Shown here piece by piece: positions 15,560 through 30,081 of a DNA stretch of 64,000 bases (position 1 is its first letter; each line of letters opens with the position of its first letter). Below the pieces are notes generated by a model. That model did no database searches, was not told the origin of the DNA, and saw nothing but the letters and a program-made list of their open reading frames with translations. The DNA is from Octopus vulgaris (Eukaryota). The stretch spans positions 30,876,001-30,940,000 of the forward strand of contig OX597822.1 of the NCBI GenBank assembly GCA_951406725.2, written 5' to 3'. Position numbers and translations under genes: made by a program.

Positions 15560-15985
15560 TCGTGTGACTCAGCCCATGCTGGAGCACCGACTTGCAGAAA
15601 GTTTAGTCGAATGAATCGACCCAACTATTTATTATTTTTTAAAGCCTGTACTTTTTCTATCGGTCTCTTTTGCCTCACCGCTAAGTTACAGGGACATAAA
15701 CACACCAAAACCTATTGTCAAGCGGTGGAGAACAAACACAGACACAAAGACACACATGTACATACATACACATGTACACGAACACATACACACAGGCGCA
15801 CACACAAACACAGACAGACACAAACACATATATGCGACGGGCTTCTCCCAGTCTCTCTCCACCAAATCCACTCACAAGGCTTTGATCGGTTTAAGACTAC
15901 TGTAGAAGACACTTGCCCAAGATGCTAAGCAGTGAGACTGAACCCAGACCCATGTGTTTAGGAAGCAAGCTTCTTACCTCACAGA
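15560..15985 (-). mobile_element. SINE family A, older copy
   Basis: catgctggagcaccg...ccaaatccactcacaaggcttt...ctgaacccagaccatgtg. Confidence 0.85.
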
Positions 15986-16070
15986 CAAATCTGATGAATG
16001 AGTTTCATTTTTCGCCGTAATAGAAAACTATAAATTAGCTTTTGACAAGATCAATAAGAACATGAGACCA

Positions 16071-16630
16071 AGGTGGCGAGCTGGCAGAAACGTTAGCACG
16101 TTGGGCGAAATGCTTAGTGGTATTTCGTCTGCCGCTACGCTCTGAATTCAAATTCCGCCGAGGGCGACTTTGCCTTTCATCCTTTCGGGATCGATTAAGT
16201 AACTACCAGTTACGCACTGAGGTCAATATATTCGACTTAGTCCGTTTGTCTGTCCTTGTTTGTCCCCCCTATGTTTAGCCCCTTGTGGGTAGTAAAGAAA
16301 TAGGTATTTCGTCTGTCTTTACGTTCTGAGCTCAAATTCCACCGAGGTCGACTTTGCCTTTTATCTTTTCGGGGTCGATAAATAAAGTACCAGTTGCGTA
16401 CTGGGGTCAATCTAATCGACTGAACCCCTCCCCAAAAGTTTCAGGCCTTGTGCCTTGGGTATAAACGAATATTGTTTCATAACTTAAGGGACGAGCTGGC
16501 AGAATCGTTAACACGCCAGGAAAATTGCTTTGCGGCATTTTGTCTGTGTTTACGTTCTGTGTTCAAACGTCACTAGCTTTGACTTTGCTTGTAATCCTTT
16601 CGGGAAGCACTACAGTTGTGCTGAACTTGT
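16071..16630 (+). mobile_element. SINE family B head-to-tail array (full unit + 5'-truncated unit + degraded unit)
   Basis: Units at ~16071-16301, 16302-16460 and 16488-16630; first junction gtaaagaaata|ggtatttcg. Confidence 0.85.
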
Positions 16631-16713
16631 GTCAAAATCTGAAACCAATATTGCTCGCCACAGGAGGACATAACCGATTTAATCCACTCCAGTACTAGAA
16701 TCCCACTCATATA

Positions 16714-16960
16714 CAGTAATCCCTGGACTATCGTGGATGTTATGTTCCAAAAACCCCGCGATATGTGAAAATCTGTGAAATAGCAACAGTACTGTATATA
16801 TTTTATTATTATTTTATTTTAATTTGTATATATTTATTTTGTTATAAAGGCAACACAACACCACGGAGGAATCAACGTAAGCTTAAATAATAAACCGCGA
16901 TTGGTGAATCGCGATAGGTGAACCGCGATAGGTGAACTGCGATATGGCGAGGGATTATTG
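16714..16960. mobile_element. pogo/Tigger-like MITE
   Basis: TA-flanked TIRs cagtaatccctgg / cgagggattattg; internal ~14-bp tandem aaccgcgataggtg. Confidence 0.8.
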
Positions 16961-17237
16961 TATAGAAAAGCACACAGGCTTGATGCAGAAATTTCTCTCA
17001 GAGCCTAAAATAATATCAGATTCCACTTCGGTTGAAACCGTGTCTCGTCGAATATGCACACACCCTATTTCCTACATCTTTGTACATATTTTAGTCGTCA
17101 TTAGGCTGTAGTAATTAAACTAATATCGTTACATCTAGAACATGAGGAAGTTCCTCTAAGGGAGAAAAACCAGAAATATGCAGCATATTTCTATATAGTC
17201 AGCTGTCATCTAAAAATGATTAAAGTTTGGTAACATG

Positions 17238-17320
17238 TACGAGGGACGTTCAATAAGTAATGCTTCTGACCCACTTGCAGTTATTTGATCTAGCTGAAAT
17301 TTTGCATGTGCAATTATTTA
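17238..17320. mobile_element. mariner-type terminal fragment
   Basis: TAcgagggacgttcaataagtaatgc resembles mariner TIRs; partner end not found. Confidence 0.45.
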
Positions 17321-17899
17321 TATCTCTATAGATTACTTTATAACCTTATGCCTTTACATTCATTTATATTTCTTTATATTTCTTTATATTCTTTATATCC
17401 CCTTTACATCTCCTTATATCCCTTTATATCTTTATACTCTACATTTTTATATTTTTCTATACTTACACTTTTTATACATTTTTTATCCCTCGTCCTGAAT
17501 TCTCGCCCCTCCATCTTCACGTCTATATATGTATTTATTTATTTACATTACTTCAACATCCAAATTTCCTCATTCTACATTGAGAGATGAAAGAGATGGA
17601 CGCTTCAATTCTATGCTGTTGCCGCATTATGTCGTACGCGAATGAGAGGATTTGCATCCCCAACCAAGAATTTTTGATGTAACACATGTCCTTGTGGAAG
17701 CTGTTGTGCGCGGCTGAAGAAGGCCACAGACATACATTATGCATTGTTATAAATCTGTCTAATAAAGGCCCGAAACATATGTACCGCTGAATCCTTGGCA
17801 TCATGTTTTTATTTTGATCAATTTATATATACATACATATATACATATATACATATATATTATATACATACATACATATATACATATATACCGCTTCTA

Positions 17900-17933
17900 C
17901 TGTTACTACTACTACCACGAGACGACGACGACG

Positions 17934-18017
<84 letters not shown>
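17900..18017. repeat. (ACT)n/(ACG)n microsatellite
   Basis: Directly visible. Confidence 0.95.
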
Positions 18018-18018
<1 letters not shown>

Positions 18019-21000
18019 GTTCAAAGTTCATCGACAACTAATATATCACTGTCTTAAAGACAAAAGAAATTTATATCTAACATTGTATTCAGTACAAAAT
18101 CAACGGTCACGTAGAACATTTAAACATTAAATTATACTAAAATGTTCTTAAATGTATGAGATAACCCTCTTAAATGCAATTATCGAAAAAAATTATACCG
18201 ATTAAACGTAGAGTAGAAAATCCAGACAAAAAAGTCATGCTTACAGTAAGGAAAACCTAAACCACTCCAAAACGTTTTATCTTTCGTGTGTTAATAGAGT
18301 AGGTTCAATAAATTTCAATGAAAAAAGATGATGTAACACGCTTGAATGTAATCGAAAGACTGAATTACATTAAAAATGTTATAATTTGGTAGTTTTATAA
18401 AAGGGGACGTTATAGATTTAACACACGACGCTGTCTCGTGAATAACTCATTGAACCTCAAGCAACCTCCCCAGTTAGCTTATTGTTTAGTGTCGTAAATT
18501 ATCGGATCGTTAAACCACAACTGAAGATTTTGTTCCGTATGAGATTGAAGTGACGATAGACAGGCAAGAGTTTTTATGTTGTTCATTGTTTGTCTACAGA
18601 TATATTTTAACTCCGCTTTGCAAGATCAACAATTATTCATTGCTCTCAATGTTTAAAGCGATAAACTGTTTACATTCATGGTACTTAGTTTTAGCTATTT
18701 GCAGAGCTATACCTACATCACGTAGCTGTGTTGATGTTAAAGTTTGGTCAGTTGAGCTCTGCAACACATTTTTGTTTCACATTTGAATCAAGTATTGTGA
18801 CTTGCAATGTTCATCAGTTATTCTCATCTACTGAATATATAAAGTTTCTTCCACCTCCCTTTTATAGTTTATTGACATGGAACTGTTGTTTAACGAAATT
18901 CAAAGCAAAGTAAAGCCCCTTCCATGCAAAACCTTTGTTTAGTAATTCAGCGATATTGATTTTTGACCATTTATACTGGCTATCACACAGAAGATAGTAC
19001 AAAAAGTAATATAATTAAAGCGAGAGGTGAATGTTATAACAGCATTTTTATTGTTTTAATAATGATAACATACAACATTTCCGTCTGAAAGTAAAATAAT
19101 TTGGAATAACTGCCTAGTATTTGTTAGATGTATACGACTTGACGATGAAATGATATGACCTAACGATATATTACGGATATATCAAATATTTGTAAATCAG
19201 ATTCTTGTCTATATTCTGTCAAAACAATAATTCTCACCGAAAACAATATTCCGCATGAAAGCGGATAGAAATAATGATATATAACTTTTGTACTTTTAAT
19301 CTGTTTTGAAGTCTATTAAAATCTATTTGAGCGCCGTCTGAGGGTGACGTTTCTTTCAAGTGGATATTGTGATGTCAAATTGTAACTTAGATCTAAGCAC
19401 AGATACGTGATATGTGGATCTGGTATAACAGTCAGTAAAATAAAAATGATAGGAGTAATTCAATTATATCCAATGATTAGAAGTAAATTACTGCGCTGAA
19501 TAATGGCTCACATTACTTGTTAAAAGGCACAAAAAATATCCATCAACATCTATTAAATACTAAGAAACAAAGCAGCGATAGCTCACGAAAATGTTAATAA
19601 AACCCTTTACAAGTAGTGCATTGAAGTTTTAAAATTGATTGCTACTTTATCTAACGAAGGTTATCTAATTATAAAGTCTCCCTTAATCTCCAGCTCACCA
19701 TAATTTTATTCACATTAATGGAGCAAAACATCGCCTTAGGAATATTCATAGCCAATCAAAAGATGATAAAATAATCCAAAGGAAAATCATATCACCCGGC
19801 TCTAGAAAGAGATAGAAAAGCGTACACTTAAAATGATGCATAAATACTACAGAAAATAGAGCGTACACAATACTACTTCATAAACGCGATAAAAACAAAA
19901 ATCAAATATTACCACAAACGCTCTCAGATATAGTAGTAAAGGCTCAAATAGTTTCACTACAATAAGAGTATACTAGATTTACACTCTATTCTGCAAATGC
20001 TTTTAGTACAGCATATATTTATAAGATTAAGGAAAATATCTGAACGTTTCCATGCAGAACAGATTCGTGGACATCTTTCTCGTGTGTTTTTTTTTTTTAC
20101 ATTATCCAATCAGTGAATATTCTTCACGAATGTTATTTTTATCGTTGGGGACTGGTTCGAAGTAGAGAGCCAGGAGGAAAGTACCTGGGGGAAGGTTAGG
20201 AGCAGACTGGCCAGTTTCAAGCAGATATCTTTTGACTAAAAGTTATTGCTCATAGGTTGGAAAGTGTTAGCCACTGAACGGTGTTATTTGCTCGTAGGGT
20301 TTAGCTGTTTATGCTACTCTAAGTATAAAAGTAACTAGTTACGCTGGGTACTGTATCTGACAAATAAGTATGCACGGAAGTGACTGCATTTACATTAATT
20401 CCTGGGTAGTATGCGCAACTTTGACAAAAGAACCAAGAGACAGACTTACCTTAATCTTTCTATGTTGATTGTTGTATTTCAGTATATATTCCTATAATTT
20501 TCTAAAATCTTTCTATTACATTCTTTCTACATATTTACTGTTCTTATTTCATAATGTTGGCATAATTTCAATAGGAAAACCTAAACGCAGTGGTACATGC
20601 TATAGGGCAGAGACAAACAATATGGTTAACTTTTACTTGCATCGCGTTCGTATTTATTAAATTATTTTTAAGGAATAGCATATGATTTATTCTGTAAGTA
20701 TTAGTACAGTGCTTCAACAATATTCCTTCTTAATGAGTTCTTTTGATTTGTGCGTTGTACCAAGAGAGGTAACATCATCAGATCTATCATCCACTTATCC
20801 AATCACTCAAAAATTCCTATTTCTCAACCAAAACTCGGAGTAAGTTTTTACTGTCTTCTGTCAACATACCGATCAATCTAACACATAGCATACATGATTA
20901 GATCAACAAAAAAAGCCTTCTATAAGAAACATTCTAACTTCCACCAACGCCAACAGAAAATTTCGAGCTAATTTCTGGTTTGTCACTCAATCAAATTATA

Positions 21001-21479
21001 TTCGTAGCTATCTAGAAAAAACAATAGTTAGCAGACTACAGGACAGCGCTTCCAGAATCTACCACTTCTGCATCAGGGAACCTTACTTTTACCAACTCTG
21101 TTCAGTCAATACATAAACAGCATTCACATGCCTCCACAGCGATGCAGATGTAGATGATATGATACTCAAATTCTCCCGATACTGCACCACTGATACGATC
21201 CTGTTTAAATCACATAGAGATCCGGCTTCGCAAGTATTATCTTCAAAATCGATTATCTCTCTCTCTTGTTTCCAACAACATCACAGCATCTCGAATACAT
21301 TCAGCTCTCACGCCAAAGAACATAAAATTACCGCACACTCATGTACACAAACAGCAGATACAAGTTGTTAAATAAAAACTATTTTACAATTTTATAAAAA
21401 AAAAATGCAGAGCGGGCAGTAAGAAATATACTTACAGAAACCTTATGCACATGTTCTGGTTGCTGTGCAACTGGCAATA

Positions 21480-22080
21480 GCAGAAATTCTTTTCAGTTCA
21501 GAACTAGATTGTCCCTGGCTCAGCAGAATGTCTCAGCTTGTTCAGGGTCTTCTATGGCTTCGTCAAGCGGTTCTCCTTGGCTTTGCCTTTCACAATTTAT
21601 TCCTTGTGCCTTTCATATGAGTTGTAGTGAAGGATCTCATTCAGAGCCAGCTCCATGTCTGTGATTTTAACACCCATTCCATTCGCTAAAGATTGCTTTG
21701 CTCGACTCTTTCATCATCTTGTACTGCAGTGTTTGGATGAATACAGGCATGCGCACGCAGTCAGAACGCTGGCTGGTTGTAATTGCTTAGTCTTCGTTGC
21801 AGCTGTCCATATCATGACATTCATCTTTTACACTGTCCATAGAGACTTGAGCAGCAGTCGCGCTGTTGGCATTTTGATGCTATGAACGAATCATCAGGAT
21901 GCATGTAACACTTTTCCAGTATTCAGATAACGTCTTGACCTGCATGTCAGCTGACCTCTTCATGACTACAAATTTAATCTCTATTCTTGATAACACCGTT
22001 TACTGTTCACGAATACATCACGTTGTTCCTGAATAAAGGAGATATAAACACTCGTCATATTTAGAATGAATACCCGGGGG
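21480..22080 (-). mobile_element. Second decayed copy related to the Tc1/mariner element at 3895-4808
   Basis: Reverse complement cgagcaaagcaatc...atgggtgttaaaatcacagacatggagctggctctgaatgag aligns with 3968-4045. Confidence 0.6.
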
Positions 22081-22281
22081 TTTTCTTCAAAATAAATCAC
22101 ATAAAAGCACTTTACAAATTCAATATGTGAGCGGAACAGTAAAAATATGCAAGACCTTTCTTAAGTCTGCAATGTTACATTGACATTTTTATCTACATTC
22201 CAACGATTGAGCTTCGTATCTTTGTTAGAAACAGGCTCCTCCTAAAGAGGAAGAATCTAAATAATTAAAAACAGAAGAGAA

Positions 22282-22496
22282 CATACACACATACATACAT
22301 ACGTACATACATACATACACATACACACATACATACATAAATACATACACACATACATACATAAATACATACATACATACATAAAACCATACATACACAC
22401 ATACATACATACATACGTACATACGTACATACATACATACATACATACATACATACATACATACATACATACATACATACATACATACATTCATAC
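22282..22496. repeat. (ACAT)n microsatellite
   Basis: Directly visible. Confidence 0.95.
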
Positions 22497-22984
22497 AGGG
22501 CACAATGATTGAGTAGTAAATGTCATATCTTTACTTCTGATAGAGTGTTTCTTGATCTTTCTCAAAATACACTTTTAATTTTATTGAGATTCAATGATAT
22601 TTCGATTGGATGAAATTGAATAATTGATAATCAATTTACAACTTAAGTACGATATATACAAGTGGCTGTCATTGGTGTTTTATCGGGAAGGAAGATGTTT
22701 TTAAAATTTCCGAAACTCTGTGGTCATTTGCTTATCAGTTCGATTAATGTGAAAAGTGAGTCGCGAGTTCGATCTCACTGTATTTGGTTTTCAAGATGTT
22801 TACATCCAAAGTAAAATTCTGGGGAAACAAAGGAAGGCTTGATCATTGCAGCTGGTTCCGCATCTACCGTAGTCTTTTACTCATTGTGCTGCAACCGTAT
22901 GTGAATTTAAAAATACTTACATGTGTATATACATGTATACATGGGGCTTGAATTTTTTTAGTAAAAAAAAACGGAGGACATACT

Positions 22985-23330
<346 letters not shown>

Positions 23331-23385
23331 TATCGGAGACGGTGTGAGAAAATGGTTAAGCAATAGTTATTCTAGATAAGATATG

Positions 23386-23445
23386 AAATAGAGCTCCGAT
23401 GAAGGGATATATAAAATATCTCGGAAACAGCTGTAAGACCTATTT
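23386..23445 (+). ncRNA. Degenerate minimal type I hammerhead ribozyme in a Penelope-like terminal remnant
   Basis: aaatagagct-CCGATGA-a-gggatat(ataaa)atatctc-g-GAAAC-agct-GTA-agacctattt; palindromic AGCT loop III; stem I has 2 mismatches. Confidence 0.6.
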
Positions 23446-23657
23446 ATAAATGTTCCGAAATCTTTCACAGCCGTGGATTTTTACCTCAGTTTGTTAATTT
23501 TTTCATATATACACATACTGATATATGACCTACGTTGGACTCCTCATTTGCATAATAACGAACCTGCAGCTTAACTATAGTCTGCGTATACCACTCACTC
23601 AGCATTAACTGACACGTTTGGGTTTTCTTGACACCATTACCTCTCATAACCTCAGTG

Positions 23658-23703
<46 letters not shown>

Positions 23704-23872
23704 TAATATATAAGTGTTACAAACATACATATATATATATAAAATATATATATATATATATAAGTATATATGTATGTTTGTATATATATATATATATAAA
23801 TATGTATGTTTGTCTATATTCATGTTGACTGTCCACTTTTCGTGTTCAGTCCTTAACGTTATATAGGTGTCT

Positions 23873-23903
<31 letters not shown>

Positions 23904-23908
23904 AGTCC

Positions 23909-23943
<35 letters not shown>

Positions 23944-23970
23944 TATATAGATAGATATATATAGATATAT

Positions 23971-24040
<70 letters not shown>

Positions 24041-24049
24041 GTACATATA

Positions 24050-24260
24050 TGTGTGTGTATATCTGTGTCTGTGTTTGCCTTTCACCGCTGCTTCACAACA
24101 TGTGTTGGTATGTTTATGTCGAGCTTAGCGGTTCGGCAAAAGCCCGATAGAACTAGTATTAGGCTTTAAAAATCGAGTCCTTGCGTCGATTATTTTCTAA
24201 AACTCTTCAAGCCTCATCCTGGCCACAATCAAATGACTGAAAGAAGTAAAAAATATAAAA
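24050..24260 (+). mobile_element. SINE family A, degraded 3' half
   Basis: gcttagcggttcggcaaaag...aaatgactgaaagaagtaaaa. Confidence 0.7.
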
Positions 24261-24347
24261 TATATAGCTGTAGTATTAAACACTCATATACACACACACA
24301 AACGCACGCTCACGCACACACAGACACACACACACACACATACACAT

Positions 24348-24780
24348 TTACTTGTTTTAGTCATTTGACTGCGGCCATGCTTGGGCACCGCCTTTAGTCG
24401 AACAAATCGACCGCAACACTTATTCTTTGTAAGCCTGGTACTTATTCTATCGGCCCTTTTTGCCGAACCGCTAAGTTACGTGAACGTAAACACACCAGCA
24501 TCGGTGTTCAAGAGATGTTGGGAGGACAAACACAGACACATAAACACATACAAATATGTACACACACGGACATACACACACATACATAAATACATACATA
24601 TATGTATATATGTATATATATACATACATAAATACGACGTGTTCTTTCAGTTTCTGTCTACCAAATCCACTCACAAGGCTTTGGTGGGCCCGAGGCTATA
24701 GTAGAAGTCACAGTGGGACTGAACCCGGAACCATGTCGTTGGTAAGCAAGCTACTTACCACACAGTCACTCTTGCGCCTA
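24348..24780 (-). mobile_element. SINE family A with small internal deletion
   Basis: Matches family A but lacks gacacttgcccaaggtgccacg near 24707. Confidence 0.88.
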
Positions 24781-25139
24781 TATACATATTTAACAACACA
24801 GGCGTGCATAAACTTTCGCGAGGAGGTGAAATAATTCGTTTAGTAATTGTTACTCTCGAATCACTCATGCAGCTATGAATAATAGCATGTAAAATTGGGT
24901 TGCAAATCGCTTTCAGAATCAAAAATTCGGAGGCATTGTATAATTATTTATAAATAGACGTTATAGAATTTTCTAGTCCCAGCACGACGTTATTTGTCCA
25001 AGATGAATTTGTTTGTTCTAATACTACAATATTTACCTGATGAAAATATATTGATAGGCAAATATATTGATAGGCAAATATATTGATAGTCTTTGTATTA
25101 TTATTTTCTCCACACAAAACGGACGAATGGTCTTTAAAG

Positions 25140-25480
25140 CAGTCATTCTCAACTATTTTTTTATTATGAAGCCTTTCGATTTCTGATTCCTTTTGGTGGA
25201 CCCTCATATACATTCCCTTTTTAAATGTAGCTTCATAGATAGACCCATCAAAATTCCTATTTTGCTTTTTGCACATTCACTTGTGTTGCAAAAACCGCTC
25301 ACTGATAGAATATGTTTCTGTGGCCGGAAATGTGTTAGGTTATGATAAGCGCGAATGTAAGAAACGTTGTTGTTTCTTGGAATAAATACGTCTAAAGCAA
25401 AATGTTTCCATGGACCCCTAAAATACTACTCTTACGTGAACCCCCAAATAGCTTATATGTTCCCCAGATTAGAACATCGC
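25140..25480. mobile_element. Possible degraded hAT-type MITE
   Basis: Starts cagtcattctcaac; repeated ggacccc/gaacccc subterminal motifs; right TIR decayed. Confidence 0.35.
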
Positions 25481-25952
25481 AAAACATGTCAAGTAGTAGT
25501 TCTTTCCACTCTTACTTTCCGAGCTGAAATACCGGCTAATGCCACTACACCTTTCATCTTTGCGCGCTCCATAAAGTAAAGTATTAGTACAATATAGATA
25601 AAATTGACTAACGGCATCTCCAAAATTTCTGGCTTTATACTTTCTTCAGAAAGAACTACCCCATTCCTCAAACCACTCTACAAATGGCTTTTTCTTTTTC
25701 TATCTAATTCTACACCTCTTCTGGAGTAAATTTTTGGATTAATGTCTCACTTGTCAGCCATTAAAAATCTAATAAAAACATCCATTGAAATATCATTATC
25801 AACATTCTTATACATTCGTCCATGACATGAAGTTTCATTTATGTCGTGTGTTTACGAGTTACATTCCCACGTGAATGCTATTCAAGATGATGTTTCACAC
25901 TATAGCGCTAAATTCCTTTCTAAATTTATCATACCCTGTTTTATTTATAAAA

Positions 25953-26006
<54 letters not shown>

Positions 26007-29000
26007 TCCTTTACAAACATTTGTGATTTATTCTGTATGCTTTTATTTTCTTTTAGCCGAATGTTGTTTAAGTGAAACGATAAATTTGCGACAAAAATCG
26101 AATTTATGGTTGAAGGAAACAAAATTGTAATTGAAAACATAAAGGAAAATAGGGAGAAACATTTCAGCTTGTAATAGTGTATAGACAAATGAATCGTGAA
26201 TTGTCTTCTTACGACTGGTATGAGAAAGCCATAGTGCTGCACGACTGCAGAGAAATCTATACAAAAGGAACATGATATTTAGAAAACAAACCATTGATAG
26301 CAACGCATTTACCTTTATAGACAGCAACTCTAGTATTGTGCGCAGAAAATGTCTAACTCAGCATGGAGTCGTTGATGGTAACTAAATAATAGTGAAGTAA
26401 ACAAAAGAATCAAAATATCCCTCTAGTATAACTGAGTTTTGCATGAACGTTTCAAAACAGTCAATAAAAGGAATTTCAAGCAAGAGACAATCAAAAGATA
26501 ATCATCACGGACGTGTTTTGATAACTAAAAGTTCCAAAGAGCTTATTTTGGACGTGAGCATCTAAGACGAATTAATTTCTAAATTTCTCCCTTGTTTCCG
26601 ATGAGGGCTGGTGATAACGGATATGACTGACGGTATTAAAGTCAGTTCCCATCAGACAAACTAATTGGTTTTCTGACTGATAAACGATATGAAAGAACTT
26701 TGCAGGGAAAGAAGAGAAGATACAGGAGGATGTGGGAGTTACCTACCTAGAATTTATGTTTCTCATTTAATGTTTCACTCGACAGTTTATATCTTCTCAC
26801 TAAGAGTCCTTCCTTGATTTGCCGTGTTTTTCTTATTTTTCACTTTTATCGTTTATTCTGCAGTGCGCCATGGGTAGAGGAAGCTAACATCACCAATGCA
26901 TATTGAATGTTATTTGATAAAGGGCCAACAAGCATCATTCTGTCTATCAGTACTGTGAGAAATCGCACATTTTAGATAAAATAAACCTAAAAGATAAGCA
27001 GAAAAACAAAGCGGAAGTTTAACCCCCCCCTCCAAAAGAGAAAGAAAATAAAAACTAAACAAACAAAAGCTACATTATCATAAAAAAGCAGCAATAAAAA
27101 GAAATAGATGATTAGAAACATGCGGATACTGAGATGTAAAATAAAAATCAATGTAGTAGATCAGAAATGTAGTTTTAAAAATTATATCTCAAACGAACCT
27201 TTTTTTTTTTCGCCTATCACTTGCAGACATCATGTTACGGTGCCAGTTGATATTTTTATTTCTTACATTTGAACTGCGATCCTTCACACAGTTATTATCT
27301 ACAACCAACAACTACCACCACCACATACAAACATATATTATTCGTGACCCCCGACAGAGGATTTCTTATCTGATATCAATCCAAAGTAGCATACAATCAG
27401 TAAATAATAACGAGACGGAAGAAGGCCAGCTGCAACTGATATGAATATGATATTCCGCCATTACATAGCATCACGAGTTCAGGCGCGAGCCGTTAGTACA
27501 AAAACTGTACCATTTGTCTGACCTCCCTGTTTAATTCAATTACTAAACTCCCCTTTCAAGAAGGTTCGGTTAATTATGGGATGTTTTATTGAATAACCAT
27601 ATATCTCTAATACAAGTGTTAATCGAAATTTCTCAAGTTCATCTCTTCTTACTGTTATGAATTAATCGAAATTTATGGTTTTAACTTCTCTTTATATAAG
27701 GTCATATTATCCAAATTGTTAGATATAATTGTGATTGGTTTCTTAACCTTTTGTAAGTTAAGTAATACAAGCCAAGGATTTCATTCCACATTGTTACTGG
27801 ATTTTGGTTCATTGACAACAGAGATACGAGAAGAAAAATCTTTATGAAACACCAAAGTAAATACAGCTTAGGCGACAACACTTACATATGTTCTTTTTCA
27901 TTTGCTTTATTTCTTTTCTGTCTCGCCTCTCACTCTCTCGGAAAGTTAAGGGCGAGAAACATGAGATTCTTCCAGCCTACAGCATAGTCGTATTAAACTC
28001 ACTGGTAAATGCACTAAAGACTTTCATGTCGGTGCTCCTATAACGAGCAGCCTATCGCTGTGTCTCTAGTTACTGGAAATATAACAAGAGGACTGCCATG
28101 ATGCCTTCCAAGCTTGATTACGAGAACGGATCAATGAAGAAATATCTAATCTAAACTGATCGTATAATATAAAAGGCAGATCACCGAATACCAAAACTAG
28201 CGAAACATAGCAAATACTCCTTTATCATATTTACTGGAACGTGAGAAGAAAAAAGGAATTTGTAGTTGTTATACAGGTTTACGCTTAAAGTACTTAAACA
28301 TAAATTATAAACGGTGTGATACAAAATATATGTCATTAATTCATATTATATCCATTTAAGTAACTCCTATCAATTCACAGAATTACAGTATCATAAAAAG
28401 TGGTTATGATCATTCATAAATTCAATAATAATCAGTAATAAGTTAGAACGCACATAACTGCAAAAACATCCAGGTGGATAGCAAGCTCTAGTGTAAAATG
28501 TTCGGCACATCACCCGCAGTAGCAGCATTCACTTCACTCTGTGTAAATACTTAAGTAACATTTAATAATATATCTACAAAGCCAGGCGACTTCGAGTAAT
28601 GGAAGATGTTAAAACATGACGACCTTCCCTTTCTCAATGCTTGCATTAAAGGTGCGCTTAAAAGGGTTACAGATGAAATACAAACAGAAGAATTTCCGGA
28701 TGATAAAGGTGAATAGTGCGTCACGGCGCTCGTCCACAAAACTAGAAATAATTGCTTTTGTCTAGAAAAACAGACGTTTTATTTTAGAAGGGAGAATACA
28801 CAGGTAATACTATTTGCAATAAATACTTTCTTCTCTTTAAATAGCGATTTCCTTTGCCCAGGCATTATGAGTTTTTCATGGATAAAAATTACTAAAAATG
28901 TCTCGAGCATAAGACAATTTATTGATCGATGATCACTGTATATTATTTTATTATCTAGAATCTAAATTTTCTAAAATAATTTGCTTGTCTAGCAGCAACT

Positions 29001-29351
29001 GACAGTCTTGTCAGATGATAACACAGACAAGTCCCGTTTGTCAGCATTCATTGATTGTATCTCAGGTATCCACTCTTTTGGATGAACGACTTTATCAGAA
29101 ATCTGTTATTCAGAAACAGTTAGCTGCCTCTTTGCCACAGTTTCTCTTTACTTCATCTGATAATAAACATAATTGATATCAGAATTTAAACTATCGTCAG
29201 GTCGACATATTTTGAGCGCCATATTATGATACGTACAGTACAGTACTGGTAAAGTTAACAAAAATGACATCCATTCGTCGTTCATGCTTCGTAGCTACTT
29301 GATTTAGGTTATTGAGTATTGGCGAGCAAACACAGCCTCTATCTCTCTCTC

Positions 29352-29391
<40 letters not shown>

Positions 29392-30081
29392 ACCCGGCCC
29401 AGGCATTGAATCCACAAACTTATGATTAGAAAATGAATACCCTTACCACTTGGCCACATGATTTCAGCGTGGAGATTTACTTGGCATAAACATCTAATGT
29501 TCGGTAAACCAGTAATCCAATAGTTTGCAATAACAATAAAGCAACACTTTAATTACAGTTGATATTTCAATTACAGATAATGATATAATATTGGGAGAAG
29601 CTTCAATAGAAACTTTAGACGTATATTGGAAGCCAATATATGCATAACAATTAATTATTTTTCCGTTGGAATTAACTATATTCAGTGCTACCGGCTATCA
29701 ACTCATACGTCAATATTAACGTGCTACCGCTACACATATAGATAAGTTGATTCTACTCTGTCGTATATGCTTAAATTTATTCATACTTAGCTGCTCAGAG
29801 ATGAGAGTTATTAACAACGCCGAAGACATCTAAAATGGCAGTAAAAGTAACAACTTTTAAAATGGTCAATCAGAGCTTTTAATTTCTAAATTTCCTTGGC
29901 CTTGTTAATCTTATTATTTTCTTTTGTCACAATAAACTGGTTATGAAAACATTGGGAGACTTTCTATTCTCTTCTAAGTTATAAAGTTACGAAACCACTA
30001 AAAGGTACTCAGTAACATTAAAATTACAAGGCTTTCAATGATTTGTACAGCTGGTGTTTAATACCCCCTTGAAAAGTATAA

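Noticed and set aside
20800-21360. Possible CR1/L2 endonuclease remnant (similarly a LINE 3' remnant at 10130-10400)
   Set aside because: Too decayed to support with a clear motif
26618-26640. Minus-strand taataccgtcag resembling miR-8/miR-200
   Set aside because: Seed mismatch and no similarity in the 3' half
28606-28710. LPFLNACIKGALKR resembling a cytochrome P450 K-helix
   Set aside because: Lacks the ExxR motif, has an in-frame stop just upstream, and no other P450 motifs are nearby
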